Shown piece after piece: positions 41,801-55,370 of a stretch of DNA of 64,000 bases. Each line of letters opens with the position of its first letter. Position 1 is the first letter of the stretch. Location: NCBI GenBank assembly GCA_017499595.2, contig CM039000.1, positions 496,001-560,000 of the forward strand, read 5' to 3'. Below the pieces are notes generated by a model. The model ran no database searches and had not been told where the DNA came from. It saw only the letters and a program-made list of their open reading frames with translations. Position numbers and translations under genes: made by a program. Origin of the DNA: Psilocybe cubensis. Its lineage: Eukaryota.

Positions 41801-44800
41801 GGAAAAGACCCGACTTTCCAGTGCTCACAACGGAGCCATACCACCAATCTCCACCACTCTTCGAGGGGTTGGCATTAATGATAAGATTTTCTCCGAAGGC
41901 TGTTCGTTATATTTAGTAAAAGGGAGAAGTGAAAAGAAAATTGGCCGATACTCACAGAGATCTTCAGGACCATCGCCCTCAAACGCATACAATGACCGCA
42001 CTTTGAGTTCTAGGAAAGATAATGAGTTTCCAAAATAAATTTCAGTCAGCGGCTTAAAAAGAACTAACGAGTAGACTTGTCAATATCAGCCATAAGATCA
42101 GACATTGGTTCGGGTGTCGGCTCATCGACCATGATCTTAGGGATGGAAGTTTCAGCTGGAGCAGGGGCTGGCGGAACATAAACTTCCTCTTCCTCCTCAG
42201 CAGTCGACGGCAGCCTATGGATATCTTCCGGTATACTGCCAACATCAGCCGCACGGTCCGCAAGCCACGCCACAGACTGTCGGTTGGACGAGCGGTTTCC
42301 GTCATCATGGCTCATCGGCGTCGTCTCTGGTGGGATATATTCCTGCGCGGGCGGCGGTGAAGGTGCGGGAGGAGACGCAGGTCGGGGAGCGTTGTTGATG
42401 TGTGCAGGAGGCGCGGTGTCGCCTAACACTCTCCCCGACACCGGAGGTGCGCTTCTGTCAACTGTCTTCGTTGCTCGCAATTTCTTTCCTCCTTGAATAG
42501 AAAGCAATAACGCGTTAACGTCAGCTGGGCCAGACGCCACAACAACAGGCGCAGCCTTTACTGCAGGAGGAGGGGGAGGACCTGGTGGTGGTGGAGGAGG
42601 AGGAGGTCCACCGAAACCTGAATCCGCGCCACCAGGAGCAGGAGTAGAAGGGGAGGAAGTAGGTGCAGAAGCTGCAGCCGATGTTGGCCTGGGAAGCATC
42701 CCCCCAAAGAGCTGTTGAGCTATGTTGGTGCGTACACTTCTGGAACGCGTAATTTCGTCGTCACTACTATCATCGTCGTCGTCCTTTTCTTTGATATCGT
42801 CCCAGTCGTCGTCCGTTGTAGAAGGCGCAGTCTGGTAGCTCGTCTTGGCAGAAGACGGCGCAGGGCTCTTTGAAGGAGGAGGAATTGAAGAAGCACGAAC
42901 AGGGGTAAAGGATGGAGGAGTAGACACCGGCGCAATATTCGCCCAGGGGTTGGGGCTGGTGTTTCCATTACCGTTAGCCGTTGGAGGAGAAACAGGCGAA
43001 GACGTGCTTTCTTTGTCGAGCATCTTACTGAACGGGTTCGTAGAAGATTTGTTTCCGGGAGAAACGGCGGGTGTGGAGAAGTTAGGTGGAGGTGCAGGCT
43101 TTCGGTCTGCTTCCACACGCGTTGGGGCGGGGGGTGCAGGAGGAGCAGGAGGTGCTACCGGGGCAGCGGGTGGTGGAGTAGGCGGCTTAGCTGCACGAGC
43201 TTTCATAGCTTCCACCCTTGCAGCCCGTTCTTGCTCAAGTCGCGCGGCCTCCTCCTCTTCCTGCTCAAGCTGCCTCATTCTGGCCAACCTCTCCTCTTTC
43301 TGCTTGCGAAGTTTAGCTTCCCGAGCGCGCCATTCTTCTTCTTCAGGGTCAACCTCTGGTTCTTTAGGAGGAGCAGGTGCTGGAGGTGCCACTGGCGCCG
43401 CCGCTGCAACGGGTGGACGAGGAGCGGCACCCTTACGCACAGGAGGAGCAGGCGCCACACGAGGTTTGGGAGGAGGCGGTGCAACTTTGGGGGTTGGGGC
43501 AGCCTTTGGCGCAGGTGCGGGAGGCGGCGCCGTGTATGTAGATGTAGGTGTGGGCGCTGGAGGCTGAGGTGGAGGTGCTGCTTTCTCTTCTTGCAATGCC
43601 TTTTCATTGGCCAGTCGCTCCTTCCTTGCCCGTTCTCTTTCCTCTGCTTGCAATTCGGCAGCTCGAGCCTTTTCTTCCGCTTCCTTTTTCTCTTGCTGCA
43701 GTCTGTCCTCTACCGAGGTATCTACATCCGTAGAGCTAGAAGGCACAGTCACGCCTAGCGCTGCCATTCTGGCTTGAATACGACGCTGAGCTTCGGCCTT
43801 AGCAAATGCTTGACGCTCAGCCGCCGTCATATTCTTGACAGATGGAGAGGGAGTGGACTTCGGGGGCGCAGGGGCAGCAGGAGGATCTCGGATAGCTGAT
43901 GCTGGAGCAGCAGCTGGAACAGGAGGCGGTGAACGAGCAGCGGGAGCACGGTCGTAAGCTCCATCTCTCCTGTCCCTGTCGTCTCGAGAACGATCTCCGT
44001 CGCGGTAAGACCCTCCTCTGTCGTCGTACGCGCCGCGTGAATAAGGCCTGTCGCGGTCGTCGGCACCACGCGAATATGGTCTATCGCGGTCGTCGCCGCC
44101 GCGAGAATATGGTCTGTCGCGGTCATCAGCACCTCGAGAGTACGGTCTATCACGATCATCGCCACCCCTGGAGTATGGCCTGTCACCCCCTCTTGAGTAC
44201 GGTCTGTCAAGGGTATCGCCTCTTGAATATGGCCTATCACGATCCCGGTCGTCATCCCTCCTCGAAGAATAATCATCATCCCTATACCTATCGTATCTTC
44301 CGAACCTATCATTCGCCCTATCTCGGTCACGTGCCCATTGTCGCTTTTCCCTTTCTTTTCTTTCATCGCGCGCCTTGATCTTGCGCTCGACCTCGGGAAT
44401 GCGCTCGTGTAGAAGAGAGAGTAGATCTCGTTCCAGACGACGTCGTTCTTCCTCCTTCGCGGCAGTCTTTGGACCCCGAGCGACATAGTCCAAATCGTCT
44501 TTGACCCTCTTCACGCGATACTTCAGATCTTCCATCTCCTGGTCAAGTTCCTCGTCCTCCCTGGTCCTGTTCGCGCTTTCCTCCGCGGCACGGTCCAGCA
44601 TGTGCGCGGTGCTCTCCAGCTGGCGTTTCATATCCGACAAATCTGCAGATGGGCTATCCTCGTCTTCACGAGAACGAACAGCTGATCGATTAACATGGCG
44701 ATTGGCCGGTTTGTAGTATCCGCCGATGGGTTCTGTATCCGAATGTTTGTAGTTTGCAGCGTCGCGACGGCCCTCGGTCGTAGGTGGCTTGCTGGTGAAA

Positions 44801-45988
44801 GAATGTTTGTTGCCTGATCCAGACCGTGTGTCGTTAGCAAGCAGCTCCTTGACGCGGTCAACTGTGCTATCAAGGTCTGCGACAGATGGCGGAACAAGCT
44901 CCTGAGGTAACTGATCAGGAACTGGCATTCCATTGAGTCCTGTGGTCAAAAACAAAATCCCATGTCAGACAGGGCCATTTACAATCCGCAACTCGGTGAT
45001 ATCCTTACTTCGATAGATCAAACCCATAGCTACATGGAACTCTGCAATGTTGAGCTTTCCACGATCGTTGATATCGGCGAGTGTCCTGGAATATGATTAA
45101 AGCATGTAGAAGTCTATAGATTCCATTTACATACCAAATACGAGCAAGATCATCCTTAGGCAAACCACTTGCTCCAAAGACGTCCAAAGCAGTCGCTCCA
45201 CTGATAAACCCAGTACCCTGAGCATCCCACGACCTGAAGATCTTGTCGTAATTCTTCTTCTCGGCCTTGGTCAAAGCCCATGGTAATTGTTGACCTGATG
45301 AACCACGTTGGGCTTCATTATGCTGCTGGATGGACTGGACAAGGTTTTGCTGCTGCGGAGGAAGCTGAGGGACACCTCCTGCTCCGAATGGAGCCGACGT
45401 GTTCATAGGCATGAACGTCTGCGACATCATCTGCAGCCTCGGGTCGACAAATCCTGTCATTTGAGGAACCAGCGGTGCTGGAGAATTGCCTGGAAAGCCT
45501 GTCTGCTGCGGCAACAACCCTCCGCCCCCGAAGCCGGGTGACGCATTCATGAGGCGGCTTGGTTGCGGTGGAGGCATATTCAAAAAGCTAGGTTGTTGAC
45601 CAGGTTGTTGAAACCGAGATGGAATTGGAGGAACAGGAGGAGGTGCTGGCCGATTCTGCTGCTGGAAATTGCCTCCAGGGAACCCCGTAGGCTGTGACTG
45701 CAGAAACCCAGATCCTCCTTGAAAGCCAGTCTGCTGTGGTTGTTGGAAGCCAGGCTGCCTCTGTGCTTGGAACCCCGTAGGCTGAGAAAGTAGAGGTCCG
45801 CCATTGGGGATCCCCAGACCGCCTTGCTGGAACTGTGGGCCCTGCTGTTGGAAAGTGGGATTTTGGGGTTGAAATTGTGGGTTTTGAGGCTGAAATTGTT
45901 GGTTTTGTTGGAATTGTTGATTAGGCTGCTGGAAACCAGTCTGCATGGGGTATTGAAACCCCTGCTGACCCTGTCCCCACTGCGCCAT
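38890..45988 (-). CDS. CIN1: Intersectin/Cin1-like endocytic scaffold: EH, coiled coil, WH2, 2x SH3, DH-PH RhoGEF
   Basis: QPTGF repeats; EH (WALTKAEKKNYDKIFRSWD..LARIW); WH2 (ALLLSIQGGKKLRATKTVDRS); SH3s (ALYAFEG.., AIYSYTG..WWK..VPAAYLE); DH (ERKRQE..IFELI..PMQRITRYPLL); PH; TGA at 38890. Confidence 0.88.
44020..44260 (-). repeat. Coding repeat (DRDRPYSRG[GA]D)n within the Cin1-like gene
   Basis: About 7 RPYSRG units in ORF 42064..44955. Confidence 0.9.
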
Positions 45989-47344
45989 CGTCGTCGTCTA
46001 TGGTGGTCACTGATTGAGATGGCCTGATTGAACCGGCGACCCCTCGGATTTGTTTACGTAAACACAATTGTCTCCTCTTTGAGCACGGGAGTCCCAGTTA
46101 TTGCTTTCATTTGTTTCCGTAGACATGTTTCCTCCCATTACTCTGAAATACGAGTTCATAAAATTGTAATCACTGGTGTAGTATTCAGAATCCAAGTATG
46201 CCCATTGACAACTATTCATAATCAACTTACTCCTATACCTGACAGGGGCGTGCAATCTAATCTCATCCATGTCATTTTTCAAGGATAAGGGGACACACCG
46301 TATCGGAAGTTTTTGGAGCATACTTGGGTGCCTTTTAACTGGAATCAAAATGTATGACTATAGGGCTGTTGATCGCATGACCACCGACAACTGACATTGC
46401 CTGCTCAATTCTGGCCAAGGTTCCGTCTGCTGAAGAGGACAACTAGCATGGGCCATTGTTCTGTCACGATGCGTGTAATGAGTTCAAACAAGCTTTCAAC
46501 GTTCAACGTTTCGCTCCCGGGCATTCTACGAGACTCTTCCTGATTCAATATACAGAATTACAGACAAGTCACCCAGGAACCTCTGACGCACTGCGCAGAA
46601 CCGCAACTGTTCCTTGAATTTCGCCACCTCCAGTTGCAGCCCTCATCTCTGTCCAAAAATACAGCCTTCGAGAATGACGCCTTCCGAAAGTTGCGGCTCT
46701 TCAAGAGAAAATTCCCATCCCATCTATGGCAAGCCATCAGGTCGGAAACAACGCATAAAAAGCCGCGCATCTCTAGCATCCTTCTCAAAGCGACAACCAT
46801 TTCGCGCCAGGTTTTAATTTAAGGACTTCGCCCCTTTGCATTGACAGTCCGCTTCAAGCGTGCTACCTGCCGCTCTTATATCTAGAGGGGTGGAGGAAGG
46901 GACTCGCACCACGTTTTCGCGCGTTTCATTCGGACATTTATCGCAAATTTCGCAAGGAATATATCTGGGAACCGATATGTACTTTCTACTCTGAGGAAGG
47001 ACGTGGACGTGGATATGCCAATGCCAAGTAACCGAGGCCATACCGTTATTGCGCGAGGAGTAATACCGCTGTCGACAGTTTCATTTCTTAGAGTGTTCCT
47101 CAAGGTTCCTTAGGTATCCGAGTCGATTCAATGCAAGATGAAGACTCAGAATAGACTCTTTTCGGTCCGATCAAGGAAGCCTGAAGAAGCCCGTATCGCT
47201 CGGACTCGATTTACAATTGTGAACTTTGCAAGTTTATAGAACATCCAGGTGCAAGTGACGGAACAGCATTTGTCTCGAGCGATGAAAATCATTGAGCACT
47301 AGCTTTAACCAAATAAAACAATGTATAGTCCTGTAAACAGGCGC

Positions 47345-49062
47345 TCAAAAGAGAGAGCCAGTACCAATGTCCTCTGTAATGACAACCTGTGAAACAAAGT
47401 CTGCCAACTCCTTTGTCGAGGTTGTAGAAATACCTTGACACCGAAGAAATTCGATAGTGTGCACGGGGTATGACCGTGATTGTCTATATTTTAAGCATGC
47501 CGCGATAGTTGTCAACCACCTGTCTTTGAAGTTCCACCACCGATCGGCTGATTTGCTGAAGGATAAGTTGCGGAGGCGAGGGACGTAGAGAGGCTGCACA
47601 GAATTAGAATTAGAATTTGAGCCATAATTGATCTTGAAGGAACACGAGGATGAGATTGGGGATAGCGATAATGACGATGCCGATGCCGTGGTGGGAAGCG
47701 ACATCTGCAGCACCGTGCAAAGTTCCTCCAGATCGTTCAACGCCGTACAAAGAGTCTCCAGGTTCCCGAGATTCGCGAAAAGGTTAATGAGGTCTTTGAA
47801 GGGTATCGAGTAAAGTACGCCCGAGTTTAGCTCAAGCTTCGTGACGCAAGACGCGTCGACGAGCGCGCAGAGGGAGTTGTAGATATTTGGCATCTGCGCA
47901 GCGCTGATGGAAAGTAACATACGACTCGGCTCCTCTGACCATGCTTTTGTGCCATCGTACAGAAGGCGTAGCCCATGAGGCGAGAGACGGACAGTGGGAA
48001 TACGAATAACGTCACCGTTCGTGCTAGATGCTTGCGGGAGCCCGTGAGGAAATATGTCGTTGGAACACGATGTGTACAGACGTAAACGCGACTGCGGTCC
48101 CAGCTTCAAAGTAGTAAGAAGAGCGGCGATCGACGCTTGAGGTCCTGAGATGACCATATCTTCGACGTTCAAAAGGTAGATAGGCAGTTTTGACTCGCAG
48201 GTTGCTTCCAAGCAGGGCGTCACGAGAGCCTCTAACCGGACATGCTTGAGGTTGGGAGACCTTCTGAATATTCCCTGGACCTGTGGAATAGAAGGACAGA
48301 ATGCAGGTGGGAGGTTTCGGATATTGAGTTCGACGAGATTTTGGCATTGGTCCCAGTTTATCGCCACACCGTCTACGGAGAGGTGTCGAACTTGCGGGAA
48401 AGATACGTCTAAGTGGATTACATGTGACACTGGTGGAATTTTGAGCGATATGGCATTTAGGGACGATAGGTGACCGCCCACACCAGAGAAAACCTCGACC
48501 ATATCGTTTGGACATAGACAGAGGTCGATGGACTGCAAGCGGTGTGCGTACGGTGCAAGATTATTTGCACTTAATCTAACTGGAGTTCCAGAGAAGACAG
48601 AAAGTGGCGCTTGTTTTGACCGGACAAGAAACACCTCCGCAAGGCGGGGATCGCAGAGGTCGATGCGCTGCCAAAGTCTACTTGAGCTCAGCGAAATGAG
48701 CCGCCATGAGCAGCATACTTGCGTCCAGGCTAGGCGATGTTTGGGTTTTTTAGTCCCGTAGAACCAGGATACGCAGATCTTGAATACCTCTTCCAAGATT
48801 TCCGCAGGTAGTTTGGCGATGGGTATGCAGGCGTTCAGGCCATTATGCGTAGACTGGAGTGCCGCAGGGAGGGGTGCGTCTTCCATGTGTAGAAGCTGAG
48901 TGGCGCGATGGAGATGTACTTCTTGGACCGTCGTATAGCTGGATCGTAGTGGACATAAGAACAAAGGCGGTCTCGAGCATGTACAACATACCTACAAGAA
49001 AAAATTAGAGACGAAAGGCTATTTCGTGAGATTCCGGTGAAGTATATATACCTGTTACCCAT
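47345..49062 (-). CDS. F-box-like domain protein; probable spliced N-terminus MGNSYTT
   Basis: IAKLPAEILEEVF..WTQVCCSWRLISLSSSRLWQRIDL..FLVRSKQAPL; ATG 49062 joins the main ORF in frame after removing 49051-48939 (fallback ATG 48886). Confidence 0.8.
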
Positions 49063-49953
49063 GTTTATACTTCCTAACCAGGCGAAGATGACAACACATA
49101 TAACGGACCAGATTCCTAAATAGTAAAAAAAGATCACATCAATCCTCACATAAAGGGATTTCCCAGCGAGGAGCGTACCTTGCCAAATAAATTCAGCTAT
49201 TAGTGTCAATGGAGTGGTTTCGTGAGTGCTTGAAACTCGCTGGGAGGCGCGAGCTTCTGAGGATTTCCTACCTGAGTGTCGGCTTTTATACACGAGATGC
49301 GGTCACATTAGGTCAGTATGACCGTGATGGCGGTACTAGCTGATAGACTCTGCATTTTAACCCCACCCACGTCCTTCCTAGGAAGCGCACAATGGCACCG
49401 AGGTAAAATAAGAGACGTAGCTCAAGATGCTGAATGATTGCATATTGAAGCAGATCTCTGCAAACATCTTGACCTATTTTTGTCGAACAAAACGGGGAAT
49501 GGGGCACTGGAAACGTGCGGATCCCTTGAATATCTCTATAGAAATGACATTGGTGTGTAAAATGAAGGGGACCATCCATCCCGGTTTGTGACCAATACTA
49601 TTCGTGATAATAGCCCTTACAGCTTCTTAAAATTGCATAGCTCAAATGTTCAGGTGTGTACTTCCAGAAATTACATGACAGAGATAGTGCGAATCGATGA
49701 CTTACTTGTTCGTTAGATTAGCCGTTTTGTACAGGCTAGTGATGGATGTACAGGAAATAATATAACGCGCCTTGTTAGCCATTTGAGAGACATGCGAAAT
49801 TCGGAAAACAAACAAACGAAACGAAAAGACAAAAAGTTAGAAGTCGCAGATGGTGCCAGTGATTGGTAATCTTGAAGCGGAGATCGAAATACTTTGGTAG
49901 CCGTTGAGATGTGAGTGCATCATTGACGCGACTCTCAACACTGTTCCTGAACG

Positions 49954-51521
49954 ATGAGCTCAATCTCTGATCCATTACTGGCCCTACAACAGGCCGTGAA
50001 GTCGCAAAGAAAAGTAACATACGCCAACTCAAGTGGACCTTGCTCATCCCTGCACGATGCAACACAACTAGTCATTGACGGAAGGTCATTCCCAAAATCA
50101 AGTCGTACTCGATATCGCAAGGCAGGCACATCCTCAGATTTTTATTCATTGGACGCTGTATACGTGGCGTGGCTCTTGCGACAGCTCAATGGCGCGGAAT
50201 ACATGAAACAAGCGCGAGAACATGGGTTGGCTGTAGGGTTTGTTTCAGTGACAGAGCGAAAGCATGTTGTGGACTGGCTGGAAGGCAAAGCTTCGGACAA
50301 TGACCGGATAGCACCTCTCGCTTGTGAGTGTCCGGTGTCGGTCGTGTCTTTAAATGTACTAATAGGACCTACAGCGGACTCTACAACGCCACCTGGGACA
50401 CCTCCCAGAACTACCACTGGACAGGCACTCCCTGTAACGCCGCGCGCCCGTAACGCAGAAGCTGCTACTTCGTCACCTGCTAAAAGACGCTATGTAGCCG
50501 ACTCTCACGATCTTGAGGTCGTCAAGAAGATCAAGCAGAACGAATCTGAACTTCGAGATCGAACTACGGTGCTAAGAGGGACCAAAGCCAATGTGAGTAA
50601 AAAAGTATATGCAATGTCCCACATGCTGATCCTGTGTAGAATTTTTCGGCGGTCCGACTTTCGTATGTGGAGAAATTGAAGAAGCTCAAGGAGGCCAGCA
50701 GGTCAGGAACGTCGTCGATACCGGCAACACCTGCATCAGATCCAAAACTCGTCCGCAAAGCTCGTAAGTGTTATCCTTTTTCAGTTTCTATCCATAACAA
50801 GCAATCTGCTAGGCCATACCCAACCTATCATCATTATTTCTTCTTCACCCTCCGCCCTTATCACAATGCACAACGTCAAAAGATTTTTGGAAGATTCAGT
50901 GTATGTTTTCTTCTCCCTTGTCTTAACTATCTCCGCTTAACTGTATACAGATTCGAAACTTCCCAAGACGCTCGTGCCAGAGCGACAGCAGAAGGCAATG
51001 TAAAACCCGAAGATGTGCTCGCTATCTATCGGAAGCGAACCTCGATCGACACGAGTGGGAAGGAGACCGTGATCAAGTCGACATACTGGGTGATCGATGG
51101 AGTTGACGCGCTCGCAAAATTTGGGACGGACGCATGGGATCGAGTGGTATGCGTGATGACCACTGGACAGGCATGGCAATTCCGGCCGTATAAATGGAAC
51201 GAACCTCGTCAATTATTCCATAATGGTATTTCATCCGCCCTTTTCTCCTAAGCCCATATTCTAACCATTGACTTGCGATAGTCAAAGGAATTTACGTGTC
51301 ATGGTCAAACGACCCCCCCAATGCGAAAATTAAGGATTGGAATGTCACTGAATTAAAAGTGAACAAGACCCTCCTCTTAAATCTCGAAATTTGTGTGCTG
51401 ACTTTTCCACTTCAAGATTGACCCTCATAGACGGCATGTCGACAAGTCGACTGTCGCTCATTTCTGGAAAATGTTGGATACATGGATCCAAACCAATAAA
51501 CCTTGGTTAATCAAACATTGA
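49954..51521 (+). CDS. CDC73: Paf1 complex subunit Cdc73
   Basis: VSVTERKHVVDWLEG; PIIIISSSPSALITMHNVKRFLED; WDRVVCVMTTGQAWQFRPYKW; IDPHRRHVDKSTVAHFW; multiple introns. Confidence 0.93.
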
Positions 51522-52170
51522 TTGAACACCTCCCTGCTTTTGGTCATTGCTTGTCAAGGACAGCTTCGGCCCTTCTTCGCCTTCGGCAGATTTTTTTTGT
51601 TAGGTTAGGTCGGGTTCAGTTCCGACTTTGCATTACCTGCCCTGTGCCCAGCGCTTTAGGCGCTATTGTCTGTATCAGTATATCATCTTCGAGCTCCGGA
51701 TCGTGTACGTGTACGTACCTTAGCTTTTCCTTTTTATTTACCCTGTGGACTTTGCACATCCTTCTGCAATTTGTCATTGATCGTTAGAAACCACGCGCTG
51801 GTCTTGCTGCTTATGAAAGAATACAACAAAGAGAAAGACTCGGGAACACGGTCATACTGAAGGTCTCGAAACATCATCGGGAGCCCTTGAGGTTGAAGTC
51901 CGCCGATTACGTTAGGGCATGGTGTGCATGGCATGTACTTATGTATAAATTGTTGTCATGTTCGTTCATACTCATCACATCGGCCATCTAGGGATCTAAT
52001 CTATCTATTTACTCCCTCTCTAGATTGCTTTGTAACCTCATATGCATATCATATGCAACTACCTCTCTCATGATGCCGCGGTTCCTCCACCTCGCCCGAC
52101 AGAATCCATCCAGCGGCGCTGCGTGGTTTTCATGTTCATATACAATGAATGAATGAATGAATGAAATTGT

Positions 52171-52794
52171 TCATTGATGCTTTTCGAGTCTATTAGACGA
52201 TATTTGTGACTTTCCACAGAAACACGTCAGCCTGCGAAGAATCGTGAAGATCTTGGGCTGAAAACAGAACAGAACAAAAGGAAGAGAAGGTATGTGTATC
52301 AATATTACGTTCTGAAGATTCAGACTAAGGATACTCGCCAGGTAAACCGGCCTTTTGCATTGCTTGGTCCTCCGGGGCCGTTCTTCGAAGATGGTTTCAG
52401 TATCAGAGTCGTCCTCGTTTAAGGCAAACGTCTGTATCGAATCAAGGTATCGTAAGTTAGGTTATAGAAGCTTGAATGTGTGGTTCGCAACTTACCATAT
52501 CCCACGAATGCGACGTCCTCGTATCAAGAGTTTTCTGGCGAATGAAACAGGGGTCATCAACTGTTCAACCAGAAAACGGTTGATATGGGCCGAATGCGCC
52601 CAAGGAAAGAAAGGAAGGAAGAAGTAGAACCAGATGCTTACCATGAGATCGACTACAGCACCGCTTGCCGGATGGTGTGTGCGTTCGTCGAGACTCTCGT
52701 CGTCGTCAACGTTGAAACGAGCGGAGTGGCCTCCTGAGAGTAGCGCTTGTGTGAATGAGGGGAAGGGCGCCTTCGGAATCACCAACACCGACAT
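52171..52794 (-). CDS. Small spliced hypothetical protein (exon structure uncertain)
   Basis: ATG 52794, GTAAG donors at ~52641 and ~52495, acidic exon TFALNEDDSDTETIFEE, upstream TATA-like site (~52973-52980). Confidence 0.35.
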
Positions 52795-53898
52795 GGTTTC
52801 AAATCAGTATGCATGCAATGTTCAAGTCAAAAGATGACGATTCTGTCGAAAGAATTGGAAGAGAAACGGGTACTTGAAAGGAAGAGAAAGGAATGGCTAA
52901 AGGAACCAGAGAGAAACTGAGGAGAGAGAAGACAGAGGCACAATGTGCTTAGGTGTTCGAAGTGTCCTCGCTTTTTATAGCCCCTGTGTGCTATATAATA
53001 ACGACATCCGGATCCAAGTGAAATGCCTTGTCCTGGTCAAGGTTAAGTTTAAGTAACTCAAAAACAAAACAGATCAGAAGAGCAAAGAAGACAATCACAC
53101 TATGCTCGCCAATCTTCCGCGAACCTGACGATGGGGACATCTATCATGGGAAGAGAGGAGTTGCTCAGGCTGTCAGAAGGGAGATTACACGTACACAGAT
53201 GTATGGGAATGTGGAAACGGTCGGAGAAACATCATTGAACGAATGAATGAAAAGTGGCTCCTTCGGAACCCACATTTGGCCTTGAACCAACGCTTTCATG
53301 GACAAAATTGCACCCCATCGGATCGGAGGTGGAGAAAGTCGTCTTGTCGGCGATGCGTTCATTTGATTCTTCACCTAGATATGGACCCCATTTGCGAACT
53401 TTGTGCCCTATATCTGCATCTGTAGTTCATAGTTCGATTGATATGTTCAAGTTTTAGGGTGATGCTGCGTAGCACTGTCGGTAAGCCTGACAGGTTTGGA
53501 CAAGCCGAGTCCTAGAGCAAGGGTATTCTGAATGTCAGTTAGATCAAGCAAATGACAGTGGTTTGAACAGCTTGTCTGTCGTAAGATCATTCTGGCACTG
53601 TCGTCATTTGAATTTCACTATGCAGACTGCATTTGGGAGGTTGTGCTCAAGTCATCATGATGCATCGAGTTTCTCAAGCGAAAGGTCGGCAAATGTTCCA
53701 TTTCATTCTATACTCGGGACTGTGGGATCCAAACACGAAGTACACATGGAAGGGTATCGAAGCTGAAAGAAATGGTGATCATAAGAAACAGAAGACGACA
53801 TTGACTAAGACTGATGCTATGCTCACCATGGCCACAGCGCATGCGACATAAAATTGCAAGGTGAAGGTCAGAATTAGAATATGAAGGTTTTAAAACCG

Positions 53899-55044
53899 TC
53901 AAGATGCTTCGATGTCCTTTAATCTGGCATCCAAAAGCTTCAGAACTGTGTCCATGCCCAATAATACACCTTCGTCCGGCCCCTGGCCCGGTACGAAACG
54001 CGTATGCGCGAAATCGATGAGCTTGACAACGAATGGCGGCCCAGGTCGCTTGGACGCATTCTCTTCGTCATCTGCCTCTTCTTCCTCCTCCTCCTCTTCG
54101 TCATCGTCGGCAAGGTATCGTTTAATGCCTTCCTCTGCCCGTGCCCAGTCCGCCTCGTAGATCACAAGCAAACTTCCGCCGACCATACGCATTTCGATCT
54201 CGGAAAAGACCTCTCTGACTAGTGCGACTTCATCACGGATCGCACGCAAGATCGGGACCAGGGTCTCGCGAGGCAGGCCGGAAGAGGGCGCCGGAACAGC
54301 AGCAGCATCAGTAGGCACAGGCGTTCCAACAGGGAAGAACTTTGCGATGCCCTCGCCGAGCTGGTCCGCTCTGATGGATTTGCCGTACGATTTGGGTGTG
54401 TTCACAGGCAGAGAAGTGACGTTATCGTAGACCTAAACAGCGGGTGAAATAGAGTGAGGCAATTTTAGAAAGATGTGAATAGCCAAAACAAACGTACCTG
54501 GAAGCCAGTTAGTCGCACACCGGTTTCGAGAGATGTGGTTTCTCTGGCTGTCTTGATCATCCGAGCGACCTTTTCCTCGTCGGCGGTCTCATCGTACAGA
54601 ATAGTTCCAAGTTTGATATCGAGGATGTTGGGCTTGAGGAACGGATACGACAAGTTCTCAAGAACTATGGACTGTAAAAATACCAAAGCAACAAACACAC
54701 GGTAAGGATCGTTCAACGCAACAGACGTTGACAAACGACATCGACAAAAACAGAAATAGAGACATATCTTTCTGGTCCGTCGCCGCCGTTTGCTGCAAAA
54801 CGATGCCCTCCGCCAGATCAGGGTGAGCAGGATCAACCTGCCCCTCCAACCTAAGCGTGCCAATGAAGTTGGGTATGAACGCCCTTAGTTCGTCGAGGGC
54901 GCTGTCGCCTTGCAGTTTCTGGTAGAACTCGAGCTCGCGCGGCAGGGCGGGCTTGATGAGGAGCGAACCGTCCTCTGTGGTCGTAACGCCTGCGTGGCCG
55001 CCGACCTGTGTTGCCAACGCCTGGGTATTGGTTAAGTCTGACAT
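53899..55044 (-). CDS. ARG82: Inositol polyphosphate multikinase (Ipk2/Arg82 family)
   Basis: QVGGHAG, VLENLS..KPNILDIKLG, TTSLETGVRLTGFQV, GGSLLVIYE, VKLIDFAH; 2 introns. Confidence 0.9.
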
Positions 55045-55370
55045 TGATCTTCTTTCGAGTTCGTCGCTGTATGTGGTGAAAAGGAACAATTTAATTTCAC
55101 AAATCAGTTGCCTAAGGAGACATTCATGTGCAACGCCGCCACCTTGGAGAACAAAAGCCGAGCATTCCTGGTTTGCTAGCAACCAAGCGATCAAGTGCAG
55201 AGTACGATTTGGGCTAATACTACACAACTCCTACTCACAAACCACCCTCATCATTCAGTATGAGCACTTAAAAATTCAAACACCTCATCACACAAAGAAT
55301 ATTCACGAGAAAACTTCAATTGTTTTCTAAACTACATCAAAGATCATACAGAGGGCTACAAATCTACAAC

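Noticed and set aside
42845-44486. Long antisense and alternate-frame ORFs over the Cin1-like gene
   Set aside because: By-products of GC-rich Pro/Ala/Arg low-complexity coding sequence.
52144-52165. (AATG)n tract
   Set aside because: Short ordinary microsatellite between convergent 3' ends.
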